Positions 20,732-31,519 of a stretch of 59,680 nucleotides of DNA are shown piece after piece. A program made the position numbers and the translations under genes. The notes under the pieces were generated by a model. The model did no database searches. It was given only the letters and a program-made list of their open reading frames with translations, and had not been told where the DNA came from. The stretch's first letter is position 1, and each line of letters starts with the position of its first letter. This stretch comes from Bacteroidales bacterium (GTDB lineage Bacteria; Bacteroidota; Bacteroidia; Bacteroidales; UBA7960): contig SLQX01000021.1 of assembly GCA_007131245.1 (NCBI GenBank), forward strand, positions 1 through 59,680. Direction: 5' to 3'.

Positions 20732-21090
20732 AAATTTTTTAAAATGCAATCTGAAACATTTTCATGGGTTTATTTGGACAAAGAAAAGCTTTTTCTTTTC
20801 TGGTGTCCGTCAAAACTTTCCTTTAACAATTTCCTGCATAAGGTGCACATGGCTATGCCCATGCCCGGCTGCTAAGTTTTACTACCATTAGTAGCGGGCC
20901 ATCTTTTTCTGTCTTCTTTACAGAAAGCAGACACTGGATCGCTATGGCCGGGCAATAAGTCAGGTGAAAGCTATGGTAAAGAGCCTTCATCAGTATTAAG
21001 AATAAACCTGCACGCTCCAGTATCATCTATTGTTTATTGGAAACCAAGCCTGTCAAAAGCTTTTTTGGCTGAGCCGCAGGTATATTTTAG

Positions 21091-22461
<1,371 letters not shown>

Positions 22462-22651
22462 TCCCAGCAGGCTAAACCCGGGGTAAACAGCATAAACAAT
22501 CCGTTTGTTAACCCTGGGGTTGTCTTTTTTCTGTTGCTTTTACAATAATAACGGAAACATACATAAATTTCACTGGATATGAGTTTACACAGTAAAACAA
22601 TACCATCTAAGGATCATTCCAATTTTTAAAAAAAAAAAAAAAGAAAGAAAT

Positions 22652-23878
22652 ATGCCCCATACCAAAAATAAACAAATTATCGGCCTTTTTGGCTTTGGTG
22701 TAGTTGGCGAGGGATTGTACCATGTACTTCAACACAGCCATACCACCAATGCAACCGTTCAAAAGGTATGTATCAAAGATCCCCAAAAAAAGAGGAGTCT
22801 CCCATCCGAAAAATTTACCTCTGATGCGGGACAAATTCTTGATGATCCCGAAATCAACCTTGTGGTGGAATTGATAAATGATGCAGAGGAAGCCTTTCAG
22901 ATCGTTTCACAGGCATTGAAAAAAGGGAAAAGTGTAGTGTCGGGTAACAAGAAAATGATCGCAGCACATCTGCCGGAGCTCATTGAGCTGCAAGAGCAAA
23001 GTGGAGCTGCCTTGCTATATGATGCTTCGGCCTGTGGATCCATACCAGTCATACGAAACCTTGAAGAATATTATGACAATGACCTGTTGTTGTCAGTGAC
23101 AGGAATTCTCAACGGCTCTTCCAACTTTGTTTTATCCAAAATTTTCAATGAAAACAAGAGCTACCCGCAGGCTGTGAAAGAAGCCCAGCAATTGGGATTT
23201 GCAGAAGCCGATCCAGTGTTGGATATGGGGGGATGGGATTCGCTCTATAAGCTGGTTATCCTGGCACTGCATGGATTTGGCACCCTGGTAAAACCTTCAG
23301 AGGTATTTATAACAGGGATATCAAACCTTAACGCTAATGATATACGTTTTGCTAAAGAAAAAGGGTATCGATTGAAACTGGTAGCACAAGCAACCAAAAT
23401 CAATGGAAAAACGTTCAACCTTATGGTTATGCCCAAAATGACCACCGAAGATGAATATATCTACAACGTCGAAAACGAATACAACGGGGTAATCATCGAA
23501 GGTTCATTTTATGAAAAACAGTTTATGTTTGGTAAAGGAGCAGGTGGACTCCCCACCGGAAGTTCGGTGCTTTCTGACATCACCGCACGTATGCACGGAT
23601 ACAGATACGAATATAAAAAACGAAAGTACTTCAGCATTCCAAAACATACCAATGATGTAACGGTAAAAGTTTACCTGAGATTTAAAAACCTTTTGGATTT
23701 TAGTCACTTTGAGTTTGAAAACATTGAGGAAAGGTTCTCTTCCAACAGCTACAATTATGTAACAGGAACAATTAAGCTGACCAATCTGCTCCACATCCGA
23801 AAGTTAATTCAAACACTGGATGTGTTTTTGGCCTTCTTCGAAAAGCCAGGGCCCAACTCTTTGTCAGTTCACAGATAA
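22652..23878 (+). CDS. hom: Homoserine dehydrogenase
   Basis: 408 aa with the GLFGFGVVGEGL Rossmann loop and GILNGSSNFVLS and AEADPVLDMGGWDS motifs. Confidence 0.85.
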   Translation: MPHTKNKQIIGLFGFGVVGEGLYHVLQHSHTTNATVQKVCIKDPQKKRSLPSEKFTSDAGQILDDPEINLVVELINDAEEAFQIVSQALKKGKSVVSGNKKMIAAHLPELIELQEQSGAALLYDASACGSIPVIRNLEEYYDNDLLLSVTGILNGSSNFVLSKIFNENKSYPQAVKEAQQLGFAEADPVLDMGGWDSLYKLVILALHGFGTLVKPSEVFITGISNLNANDIRFAKEKGYRLKLVAQATKINGKTFNLMVMPKMTTEDEYIYNVENEYNGVIIEGSFYEKQFMFGKGAGGLPTGSSVLSDITARMHGYRYEYKKRKYFSIPKHTNDVTVKVYLRFKNLLDFSHFEFENIEERFSSNSYNYVTGTIKLTNLLHIRKLIQTLDVFLAFFEKPGPNSLSVHR

Positions 23879-23972
23879 CGGACTGATAAAACAAAAACAA
23901 ACGTAACTTTACTGAATAGAATCTCAGGAAATTCAGGTTTTACCTAAACCAACGGAAATAAAATTCATAAAA

Positions 23973-24929
23973 ATGACCATACCAGAACTTATAAACCACA
24001 GTAATGGCAATCCAAAAATAAGCTACGAGCTGCTTCCCCCGGTGAAGGGAAGCAGCATTAATACGATTTTTCAAACCCTGGATCAACTTATGCCGTTCCA
24101 CCCACCTTTTATCAATATCACCTACCACAGGGAGGAGGTTACCTACATAAAACAGCCCGATGGCAGTCTGAAACCCTTGGTGGTTCGTAAACGTCCCGGG
24201 ACGGTGGGCATAGCGGCAGCCATAAAAGCCAGGTACAAAGTTGATGTGGTACCGCATATCATTTGTGGCGGCTTTTCTCGCCAGGAAACCGAAGATGCAC
24301 TCATTGATCTTGACTTTCTGGGCATCAAAAATCTGCTGGTTGTGCGTGGAGATGGAGATAAAATAACGGGCCGTTTTACACCCAATCCGCAAGGTCACCG
24401 CTATGCCTCAGGGCTAATTGAACAAATTACAGGCATGAATAATGGAATCTACCATGAACAATACGTGCAAAATCCCACACAAACTAATTTTTCAGTGGGA
24501 GTAGCCGGATACCCTGAGAAGCATGCTGAATCTCCCAACTTAGAAGATGACCTTTTTTTCCTGAAGCAAAAGGTTGATAAAGGGGCAGAATATATCGTTA
24601 CTCAAATATTTTATGACAATGATATTTTCTTTAATTTCGTGGAAAGGTGCAGGAAAGCGGGCATAACAGTTCCTGTTATTCCGGGCATAAAACCCATTAC
24701 CATCAAAGATCACCTAAATTTGTTACCCCGTACTTTTAATCTGACCATCCCCTCCCCCTTGGTAAAAGAAGTACACAAATGCAAAAACAACCAGGAAGTT
24801 CGTCAGCTTGGAGTTGAATGGAGCACTCATCAAATCAAAGAACTTATAGCTAAAGGGTACAATTTTGTGCATATATATACCATGGGCAAGGTGGAACACA
24901 TCGCTCAGATATCGAAGAATGTTCTGTAG
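23973..24929 (+). CDS. metF: Methylenetetrahydrofolate reductase
   Basis: 318 aa with ISYELLPP, GIKNLLVVRGD and AEYIVTQIFYD motifs. Confidence 0.9.
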   Translation: MTIPELINHSNGNPKISYELLPPVKGSSINTIFQTLDQLMPFHPPFINITYHREEVTYIKQPDGSLKPLVVRKRPGTVGIAAAIKARYKVDVVPHIICGGFSRQETEDALIDLDFLGIKNLLVVRGDGDKITGRFTPNPQGHRYASGLIEQITGMNNGIYHEQYVQNPTQTNFSVGVAGYPEKHAESPNLEDDLFFLKQKVDKGAEYIVTQIFYDNDIFFNFVERCRKAGITVPVIPGIKPITIKDHLNLLPRTFNLTIPSPLVKEVHKCKNNQEVRQLGVEWSTHQIKELIAKGYNFVHIYTMGKVEHIAQISKNVL

Positions 24930-25009
24930 CCTCAGCAAGGATATGATAATCATTCAGGCAAGTTTGTTAATGCGTTTTTAGTACTATTCCTGGTCAAAAA
25001 AATAAAATT

Positions 25010-28000
25010 ATGACAACTGCTCAACAACTCCAAAACCTTCTGCAAAATCGAATACTTGTGCTCGATGGTGCCATGGGTACTATGATACAACGCCACAAGT
25101 TGGAAGAAAAGGATTTCCGTGGCGAAAGGTTTGCCCATATTCAGCAAAAAGTAAAGGGCAACAATGATCTGCTATCTCTTACACAGCCAAATATCATCCG
25201 GCAAATTCACGAGCAATACCTGGCTGCAGGAGCCGACATTATAGAAACCAACACCTTCAATGCCACTTCCATCTCAATGCAGGATTACCAAATGGAGGAT
25301 CTTGTATACGAGATAAACTTCGAAGCCGCCCGTATTGCGCGGGCAGCCAGTGAAAAATTCACCACAGCTGAACCAGACAAACCCCGTTTTGTGGCAGGTT
25401 CCATGGGCCCTACCAATAAAACCGCTTCAATGTCGCCCGATGTAAGCAGTCCGGCTTACAGGGCTATCACCTTTGATCAACTCAAGGTGGCTTATTATGA
25501 GCAAGTGAGAGGCCTGATGGATGGTGGAGTGCATATTTTACTGGTAGAAACGGTTTTTGATACCCTAAATGCCAAAGCTGCCCTGATGGCCATTATCCAA
25601 TACCAGCAAGAAAAAAACCGGGAAGTGCCTGTTATGGTTTCGGGTACCATCACTGATGCAAGTGGCAGAACCCTGTCCGGCCAAACCACAGAGGCTTTTC
25701 TCACGTCCCTGTCGCACATGAACTTGCTAAGCATAGGCTTGAATTGTGCCCTGGGCGCCAAACAACTTAAGCCTTTCCTGGAAATCCTGGGCCAGAAAGC
25801 ACCCTTTGCAGTAAGCGCACACCCCAATGCCGGGTTACCCAACCAATTTGGAGAATACGACCAATCTGCCCGGCTAATGGCTGATCTGCTGAAAGATTTT
25901 ATGGCGGATGGACTGGTAAACATTATTGGGGGCTGCTGTGGAACAACACCCGGGCATATTGAGCAAATCTCCCAACTGGCCAAACGATACCCTGCAAGAA
26001 AAATACCTCCACACCCCACAAACACAATGCTTAGCGGCCTTGAAGTTTTGGAAGTTCGTCCTGACTCCAACTTTATCAATATTGGTGAACGAACCAATGT
26101 GGCGGGTTCAGCTAAATTTGCCAAACTGATACAGGATGAAAAATACGAAGAAGCACTTTCCATTGCATTGCACCAGGTTGAAAACGGGGCGCAAATCATT
26201 GATGTTTGCATGGATGAAGCAATGATTGACGGGGTACAAGCCATGACCCGCTTTTTGAACTACATCGCATCTGAGCCCGACATCGCCCGTGTACCGGTAA
26301 TGATTGATTCATCCAGCTGGCAGGTGATTGAAGCAGGCTTGAAATGCGTCCAGGGAAAATCTATTGTGAACTCCATCAGCCTGAAAGAAGGAGAAAACCA
26401 ATTCCGGGAACAGGCAAAACAGATCAAGCAATATGGAGCGGCGGTGGTGGTCATGCTTTTTGATGAAAAAGGTCAGGCAGACACCTTTGAAAGAAAGATT
26501 GAGATTGCCCGGCGCATCTACCAGGTTCTGGCCCGGGAAATAGAGTTTCCTGTCAGGGACATCATTATTGATCCCAATGTATTGGCCATAGCTACAGGAA
26601 TAGAAGAGCACAATACCTATGCACTGGATTTTATACGTGCCTGCCAATGGATCAAAAAAAACCTACCCGGTATACATATAAGTGGAGGGGTGAGCAACCT
26701 GTCATTCTCTTTCCGGGGCAATCATCTTATCAGGGAAGCATTGCATTCGGCCTTTTTGTATCATGCCATCAAAGCAGGCATGGATATGGGCATTGTAAAT
26801 CCTTCGCTGCTACAGGTGTATGATGAAATACCTCGTGAGCTGCTGCGACTTGTTGAGGATGCTATCCTTTTCAGGCGAAAAGATGCCACTGAGCGACTGC
26901 TTTTATATGCAGAAAAGGTGAAAGACCAGCAAGAGGAAAGCAAACAGGAAAAGAACCAGGATGCCTGGCGTGAACTTGCCACCAGCGAAAGACTTTCACA
27001 TGCGCTGGTAAAAGGAAGGGACCAATATATCATCGAGGATGTGGAAGATATGCGGCAGCAATTGCCCAAAGCCCTTGAAGTAATTGAAGGTCCCTTGATG
27101 GAGGGAATGAACAAGGTGGGTGACTTGTTTGGTTCAGGAAAAATGTTCCTCCCACAAGTGGTTAAAAGTGCCCGTGTAATGAAAAAAGCTGTGGGATACC
27201 TTACCCCGTTCATTGAGGAAGAAAAAAACAAACACGGCGACATTTCCACAGCAGGCAAAGTGCTTTTGGCCACAGTAAAGGGCGATGTACACGATATTGG
27301 AAAAAATATTGTGGGAGTTGTCCTGGCTTGCAATGGTTTTGAAGTTAAAGACCTGGGAGTAATGGTTCCTGCCGAAAAGATTCTGCAAACAGCCATTGAC
27401 GAACAAGTTGATATTATAGGATTAAGTGGATTAATAACACCTTCTCTGGATGAAATGGTGCATGTGGCCGGTGAGATGAGAAAGGAGAATTTTAACATTC
27501 CTCTTTTGATTGGTGGTGCTACAACCAGTATTTTACACACTGCCGTTAAAATAGCCCCTGCTTATGACCATGGCATCATCCATGTGAAAGATGCCTCAAG
27601 GGCTGCCATGGTGTGTAACGCTCTGCTGTCAAAGGACAAAAAAACGTTCCTTGCTGAAAACAATGCGCATCATCATAAAGTGGTATCTGAGTATGAAAAA
27701 CGAAATGCCCAAAAACAATATCTTTCCATGGCACAGGCGCGGGAGAACCCTTTTCCTTATCAGGTGGAGAAGGCAAATATTTCACCACCTGAACAGCCAG
27801 GCATTCACCTGTTCAACCATTACACCATTGAGATGCTTTCCGAGTATATTGACTGGACTTTCTTTTTCTATGGGTGGGAGTTGAAAGGTAAGTATCCAGA
27901 AATATTAGATGACCCGCTGAAAGGGAACGAAGCCAGGAAACTTCTTGACGATGCCCGCGACCTGCTGAAAAAGATCCATGATGAGCATTTACTCCATGCA

Positions 28001-28693
28001 AAGGGAGCTGTGGGTATATTCCCTGCAAACAGTGAAAATGAAGATGTGATTGTTTATGAAAATGAGAAACGGAAATCCGAAATATTGCGTTTCAACTTCT
28101 TACGTATCCAGCAAATACAGGAACAACCCGGCAGGTATAACCTTTCCCTGGCCGACTATATTGCTCCCAAAGAAACGGGTGTTGCCGATTATATGGGTGC
28201 TTTTGTGGTAAGCATCCATGGAGCGGATGAGCTTGCGGCTCAATTTAAGCAAGAAAAAGACGACTACAACAGTATCATGACTAAAATGCTGGCCGATCGG
28301 CTGGCTGAAGCTTTTGCGGAAGTCCTGCACGAAGATGTTCGCAAAAAGATTTGGGGATACGACACCCGGGAAAATCTCAGCCTGCCAGATTTGTTAAAGG
28401 AACGCTATGAGGGCATCCGCCCGGCAGTTGGCTATCCGGCTTGTCCCGAACACAGTGAGAAGGTAAAACTTTTTGAACTGCTCAATGCGCAACAAAATAC
28501 AGGTACAAATCTAACCGAAAACTTCAGCATGTTTCCCGGCGCATCTGTCTCAGGGTGGTACTTTGCCCACCCCCTCTCCCGCTACTTCAACCTGGGCAAG
28601 GTTACCCATGAACAGGTGGCCATCTATGCCCGCAAAAAATCAATAACCCTTGAAGAAGCGGAAAAGCTGCTCAGACCAAACCTTTCTTATTGA
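25010..28693 (+). CDS. metH: Cobalamin-dependent methionine synthase
   Basis: 1227 aa. It has Hcy-binding (GGCCGTTP), pterin-binding, B12-binding ([10 protein letters not shown]) and AdoMet-activation modules in the canonical order. Confidence 0.97.
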   Translation: MTTAQQLQNLLQNRILVLDGAMGTMIQRHKLEEKDFRGERFAHIQQKVKGNNDLLSLTQPNIIRQIHEQYLAAGADIIETNTFNATSISMQDYQMEDLVYEINFEAARIARAASEKFTTAEPDKPRFVAGSMGPTNKTASMSPDVSSPAYRAITFDQLKVAYYEQVRGLMDGGVHILLVETVFDTLNAKAALMAIIQYQQEKNREVPVMVSGTITDASGRTLSGQTTEAFLTSLSHMNLLSIGLNCALGAKQLKPFLEILGQKAPFAVSAHPNAGLPNQFGEYDQSARLMADLLKDFMADGLVNIIGGCCGTTPGHIEQISQLAKRYPARKIPPHPTNTMLSGLEVLEVRPDSNFINIGERTNVAGSAKFAKLIQDEKYEEALSIALHQVENGAQIIDVCMDEAMIDGVQAMTRFLNYIASEPDIARVPVMIDSSSWQVIEAGLKCVQGKSIVNSISLKEGENQFREQAKQIKQYGAAVVVMLFDEKGQADTFERKIEIARRIYQVLAREIEFPVRDIIIDPNVLAIATGIEEHNTYALDFIRACQWIKKNLPGIHISGGVSNLSFSFRGNHLIREALHSAFLYHAIKAGMDMGIVNPSLLQVYDEIPRELLRLVEDAILFRRKDATERLLLYAEKVKDQQEESKQEKNQDAWRELATSERLSHALVKGRDQYIIEDVEDMRQQLPKALEVIEGPLMEGMNKVGDLFGSGKMFLPQVVKSARVMKKAVGYLTPFIEEEKNKHGDISTAGKVLLATVKGDVHDIGKNIVGVVLACNGFEVKDLGVMVPAEKILQTAIDEQVDIIGLSGLITPSLDEMVHVAGEMRKENFNIPLLIGGATTSILHTAVKIAPAYDHGIIHVKDASRAAMVCNALLSKDKKTFLAENNAHHHKVVSEYEKRNAQKQYLSMAQARENPFPYQVEKANISPPEQPGIHLFNHYTIEMLSEYIDWTFFFYGWELKGKYPEILDDPLKGNEARKLLDDARDLLKKIHDEHLLHAKGAVGIFPANSENEDVIVYENEKRKSEILRFNFLRIQQIQEQPGRYNLSLADYIAPKETGVADYMGAFVVSIHGADELAAQFKQEKDDYNSIMTKMLADRLAEAFAEVLHEDVRKKIWGYDTRENLSLPDLLKERYEGIRPAVGYPACPEHSEKVKLFELLNAQQNTGTNLTENFSMFPGASVSGWYFAHPLSRYFNLGKVTHEQVAIYARKKSITLEEAEKLLRPNLSY

Positions 28694-28937
28694 CACAGTT
28701 ATAATTTTCGTTTAGCAGCATGCCATAACTTCGGGTGATTCAACATTGGGTTGCTCCTAAATGGTTGCCGGGGGCCCTTACTCATTGTTCTTAAAAAGAA
28801 AAAACCACAAAATGTGCAATGTTGTGAAAAAAAGTTTACAAAAATAAGGTTATGTAAATGGTACAAAAACAAAGGCCGACCTCTTAGGTTGCTGATATTA
28901 AATGCTTTCCGGGATTCCTTCTCATTAATAAAATATT

Positions 28938-28952
28938 TGGCACAATTATTCT
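28938..28952 (+). promoter_or_regulatory. Sigma-54-like -24/-12 element (non-canonical -12) upstream of the lipoprotein gene
   Basis: TGGCAC-AATTA-TTCT has the correct 5-nt spacing, but the -12 GC is replaced. It lies ~30 nt upstream of ATG 28983. It also overlaps a near-miss TAnnTTTG box, so sigma-A use cannot be excluded. Confidence 0.3.
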
Positions 28953-28982
28953 CCAGCATCCTAAGTGAACCCCCAAAAACTT

Positions 28983-29876
28983 ATGATTATGAAGAAATAT
29001 TTGAGAATAACAGCACTGGTGTTGGGACTACTGATCCTGGCTTCCTGTAACCAAAAACAGCTGGAGCAACAGGAGGATAAAATAGCCCAGCTCACTGAAG
29101 AGATTCATATACTTAATCAAAAGGCCAACGAAAAGGATTCAAGCTTACGCGGGTTCGTTGAGTCTATGAGCCAAATCAGGGAAAACCTGAATGAGATTAA
29201 GGTGCGGCAAAATCTCATTTCTGAGGAGACTCGCGACAAAGAAACCCTTGAGGAGGATATGCATGCACAGATTGAATCCGATTTGGATTTAATTAGTGAG
29301 CTTATGGATGATAATCGCCGCAGGCTGGCAGCACTCAACCAGCAAATACGCGATGCTGATATTAGAGTCGAGGAGTTTGAAACCCTGATTAGTAGTCTTA
29401 AGGACGAAATTGAAGTAAAAGTGACAGAAATAAGTTTACTTCATGAGAACATGGAACAATTAAATATTACCAATGAAAACCTAACGGCTACGGTACACCA
29501 GCTGGAGGAAGAAAACAACCAAAAGATCCAGGAGATAGAAGAAAAAACCGAGCAACTCAATGCTGCTTACTATGTATTTGGCACACCGGATGAATTACAA
29601 GACAGGGAAATCATTGACAGAAAGGGAGGCTTTTTAGGCCTGGGACGCACCACTGTATTAAGCTCCAATATTAATGATGAATATTTTAATAAGGTGGATA
29701 TCACCCAAATTGAAAACGTCTACATCCCCGGCCAGCATCCAAGCCTTTTGAGTCTTCATCCTGAAGGCAGCTATATCATTGAGTCCAAAGAAGATAAAGA
29801 TGCATCCATGATTTTCATTGAAGATCCTGAAAAATTTTGGAGCAATACCCGCTACCTGGTAGTAACCATAGAATAA
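28983..29876 (+). CDS. Coiled-coil lipoprotein of unknown function
   Basis: The lipobox LLILASC follows MIMKKYLRITALVLG. A long heptad-rich E/K/Q segment is followed by a globular C-terminus (AAYYVFGTPDELQDREIIDRKGGFLGLG). Confidence 0.75.
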   Translation: MIMKKYLRITALVLGLLILASCNQKQLEQQEDKIAQLTEEIHILNQKANEKDSSLRGFVESMSQIRENLNEIKVRQNLISEETRDKETLEEDMHAQIESDLDLISELMDDNRRRLAALNQQIRDADIRVEEFETLISSLKDEIEVKVTEISLLHENMEQLNITNENLTATVHQLEEENNQKIQEIEEKTEQLNAAYYVFGTPDELQDREIIDRKGGFLGLGRTTVLSSNINDEYFNKVDITQIENVYIPGQHPSLLSLHPEGSYIIESKEDKDASMIFIEDPEKFWSNTRYLVVTIE

Positions 29877-29911
29877 CCCCATTACCCTAACCTGTAATCT
29901 TTAAATCCATG

Positions 29912-29941
29912 GCTATCCGGTTAATCCGGATAGCTTTTTTT
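29912..29941 (+). terminator. Strong intrinsic terminator after the lipoprotein gene
   Basis: GCTATCCGG-ttaat-CCGGATAGC followed by T7. Confidence 0.85.
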
Positions 29942-30136
29942 ATGGGTATGACAAGGAGGGTTTCAGCAATCCATTCCAAAGTTTTGCCTGTGAAAGTAAT
30001 CATAATAAAAGTTATATTTGTAACAATATCCACAGCCGGAATGCCTCTTGAAAACTTTCAGGTTTTTTTATACACAATTGCTTTACCAGACAAGCGTTTT
30101 CCAAATGAAAAACTTTTAAACATTGACTTTACTTGT

Positions 30137-31513
30137 ATGAGGAGATTATTAATTGTAGATGATGATGTGAGCTTTAGTGTTACCCTAAAAACATTTTTAA
30201 ACCGGCAGAATTTTCAGGTGGAGGTAGCCTACACAGCTCAAAAAGCGTTGGAGAAATTTACCAACACCCCCTACGATGTAATATTAACAGACTTCAGGTT
30301 GCCGGATAAAGATGGGATTTCGCTGCTGAAAATCATCCGTGAGAAGTCCCCTAAGACTTTGGTTATCCTGATGACGGCATATGCTGATATCCGTATGGCC
30401 GTGCAGGCTATTAAGTTCGGAGCTTTTGAGTACGTGGCTAAACCGGTTAATCCTGACGAACTGTTGAACTGTATTGAAAAAGGACTTAAGAATATATCCT
30501 CAGATTCTATTAGCCAGTCATCCCAACAAAATAGTTTTTCCTCTAACCGGGCACAAAAATTAGGTTACCTGGAAACCCAAAGCCATCAATCACGTGTAAT
30601 CCACGAACATATAAAACTGGTAGCCTCCACAGATCTGTCGGTTATCATACAGGGAGAAAGTGGCACCGGGAAGGAATACATTGCCCGTAAAATACACGAA
30701 AACAGCAAACGTAGCGAAAAACCTTTTGTGGCCGTAGACTGCGGGGCTCTCTCTCATGAACTGGCAGGAAGTGAGTTTTTTGGACACCTCAAAGGTTCTT
30801 TCACCAGTGCCATCCAGGACAAAACAGGCCAGTTTGAAGCAGCTAATAAAGGAACCATTTTCCTGGATGAAATCGGCAACCTGACCTACGATATACAAGT
30901 AAAACTGCTTCGTGCCATACAGGAAAGACAAATAAGAAAAATAGGAAGCAACAAAGACATACCCATTGATGTGAGAATCCTCACAGCCACCAATGATGAC
31001 CTGCTACAGGAGGTAAAGAGAGGAAATTTCCGGGAAGATTTATACCACAGGATCAACGAGTTCAGTATAATTGTTCCGCCACTCAGGGAACGAAAGGAGG
31101 ACATTGAATCATTTGTCAACTACTTTCTTGAAATAGCCAATGAAGAGTTAGATCGAAATATAACCACCATCCCTGAAAACCTGATGAATATACTCTTGAA
31201 CTACTCCTGGCCGGGCAACATCAGGGAGATAAAAAATGTAATAAAGCGTGCTGTGCTGCTGTCAAAGGGTGAAACACTGGATAAAAATGCACTGCCCCAG
31301 GAAATTGTATTTGCCTCGGTAATAAACCAGGACTCCGAAAACAATGAGCAAAAAAATAACCTGAAAAGCCAAACAGGAAAAACAGAAAAAGAAATCATCC
31401 TGGCTACCTTGCAAAAAACAAAGTACAACAAATCAAAAGCAGCAAGGATTTTGAATATCGATCGTCGAACCCTCTATAACAAACTCAAATTATACGGCAT
31501 ATCCCTTGACTAG
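30137..31513 (+). CDS. Sigma-54-dependent response regulator (REC, AAA+ and Fis-type HTH; NtrC family)
   Basis: MRRLLIVDDD...TDFRLPDKDG receiver domain, GESGTGKE Walker A, GSFTSA loop, FLDEIG Walker B, and a C-terminal AARILNIDRRTLYNKLK HTH. The upstream part of the tracked ORF contains the terminator, so I prefer the start at 30137. Confidence 0.9.
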   Translation: MRRLLIVDDDVSFSVTLKTFLNRQNFQVEVAYTAQKALEKFTNTPYDVILTDFRLPDKDGISLLKIIREKSPKTLVILMTAYADIRMAVQAIKFGAFEYVAKPVNPDELLNCIEKGLKNISSDSISQSSQQNSFSSNRAQKLGYLETQSHQSRVIHEHIKLVASTDLSVIIQGESGTGKEYIARKIHENSKRSEKPFVAVDCGALSHELAGSEFFGHLKGSFTSAIQDKTGQFEAANKGTIFLDEIGNLTYDIQVKLLRAIQERQIRKIGSNKDIPIDVRILTATNDDLLQEVKRGNFREDLYHRINEFSIIVPPLRERKEDIESFVNYFLEIANEELDRNITTIPENLMNILLNYSWPGNIREIKNVIKRAVLLSKGETLDKNALPQEIVFASVINQDSENNEQKNNLKSQTGKTEKEIILATLQKTKYNKSKAARILNIDRRTLYNKLKLYGISLD

Positions 31514-31519
31514 CAGTCA

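Noticed and set aside
20940-21000. Possible cobalamin riboswitch fragment (CAGGTGAAAGC) in the met leader
   Set aside because: There is no B12 box (GCCACTG-like) and no surrounding conserved helices. The downstream metH is B12-dependent rather than B12-repressed.
25495-27540. Long antisense ORFs (249 aa and 259 aa) inside metH
   Set aside because: They are mirror-frame ORFs opposite a strongly supported 1227-aa gene. Their composition is Ser/Pro/Cys/Arg-rich and low in complexity, with no motifs.
28822-28841. TTGTGAA-N6-TTTACAA as a Rex operator
   Set aside because: Half-site similarity is good, but the canonical Rex boxes I know have a 4-nt spacer. I kept it only as a possible activator site in the lipoprotein-promoter finding.
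29909-30136. 76-aa N-terminal extension of the response-regulator ORF
   Set aside because: The extension contains the lipoprotein terminator hairpin and its T7 run. The receiver domain starts cleanly at MRRLLIVDDD (30137).
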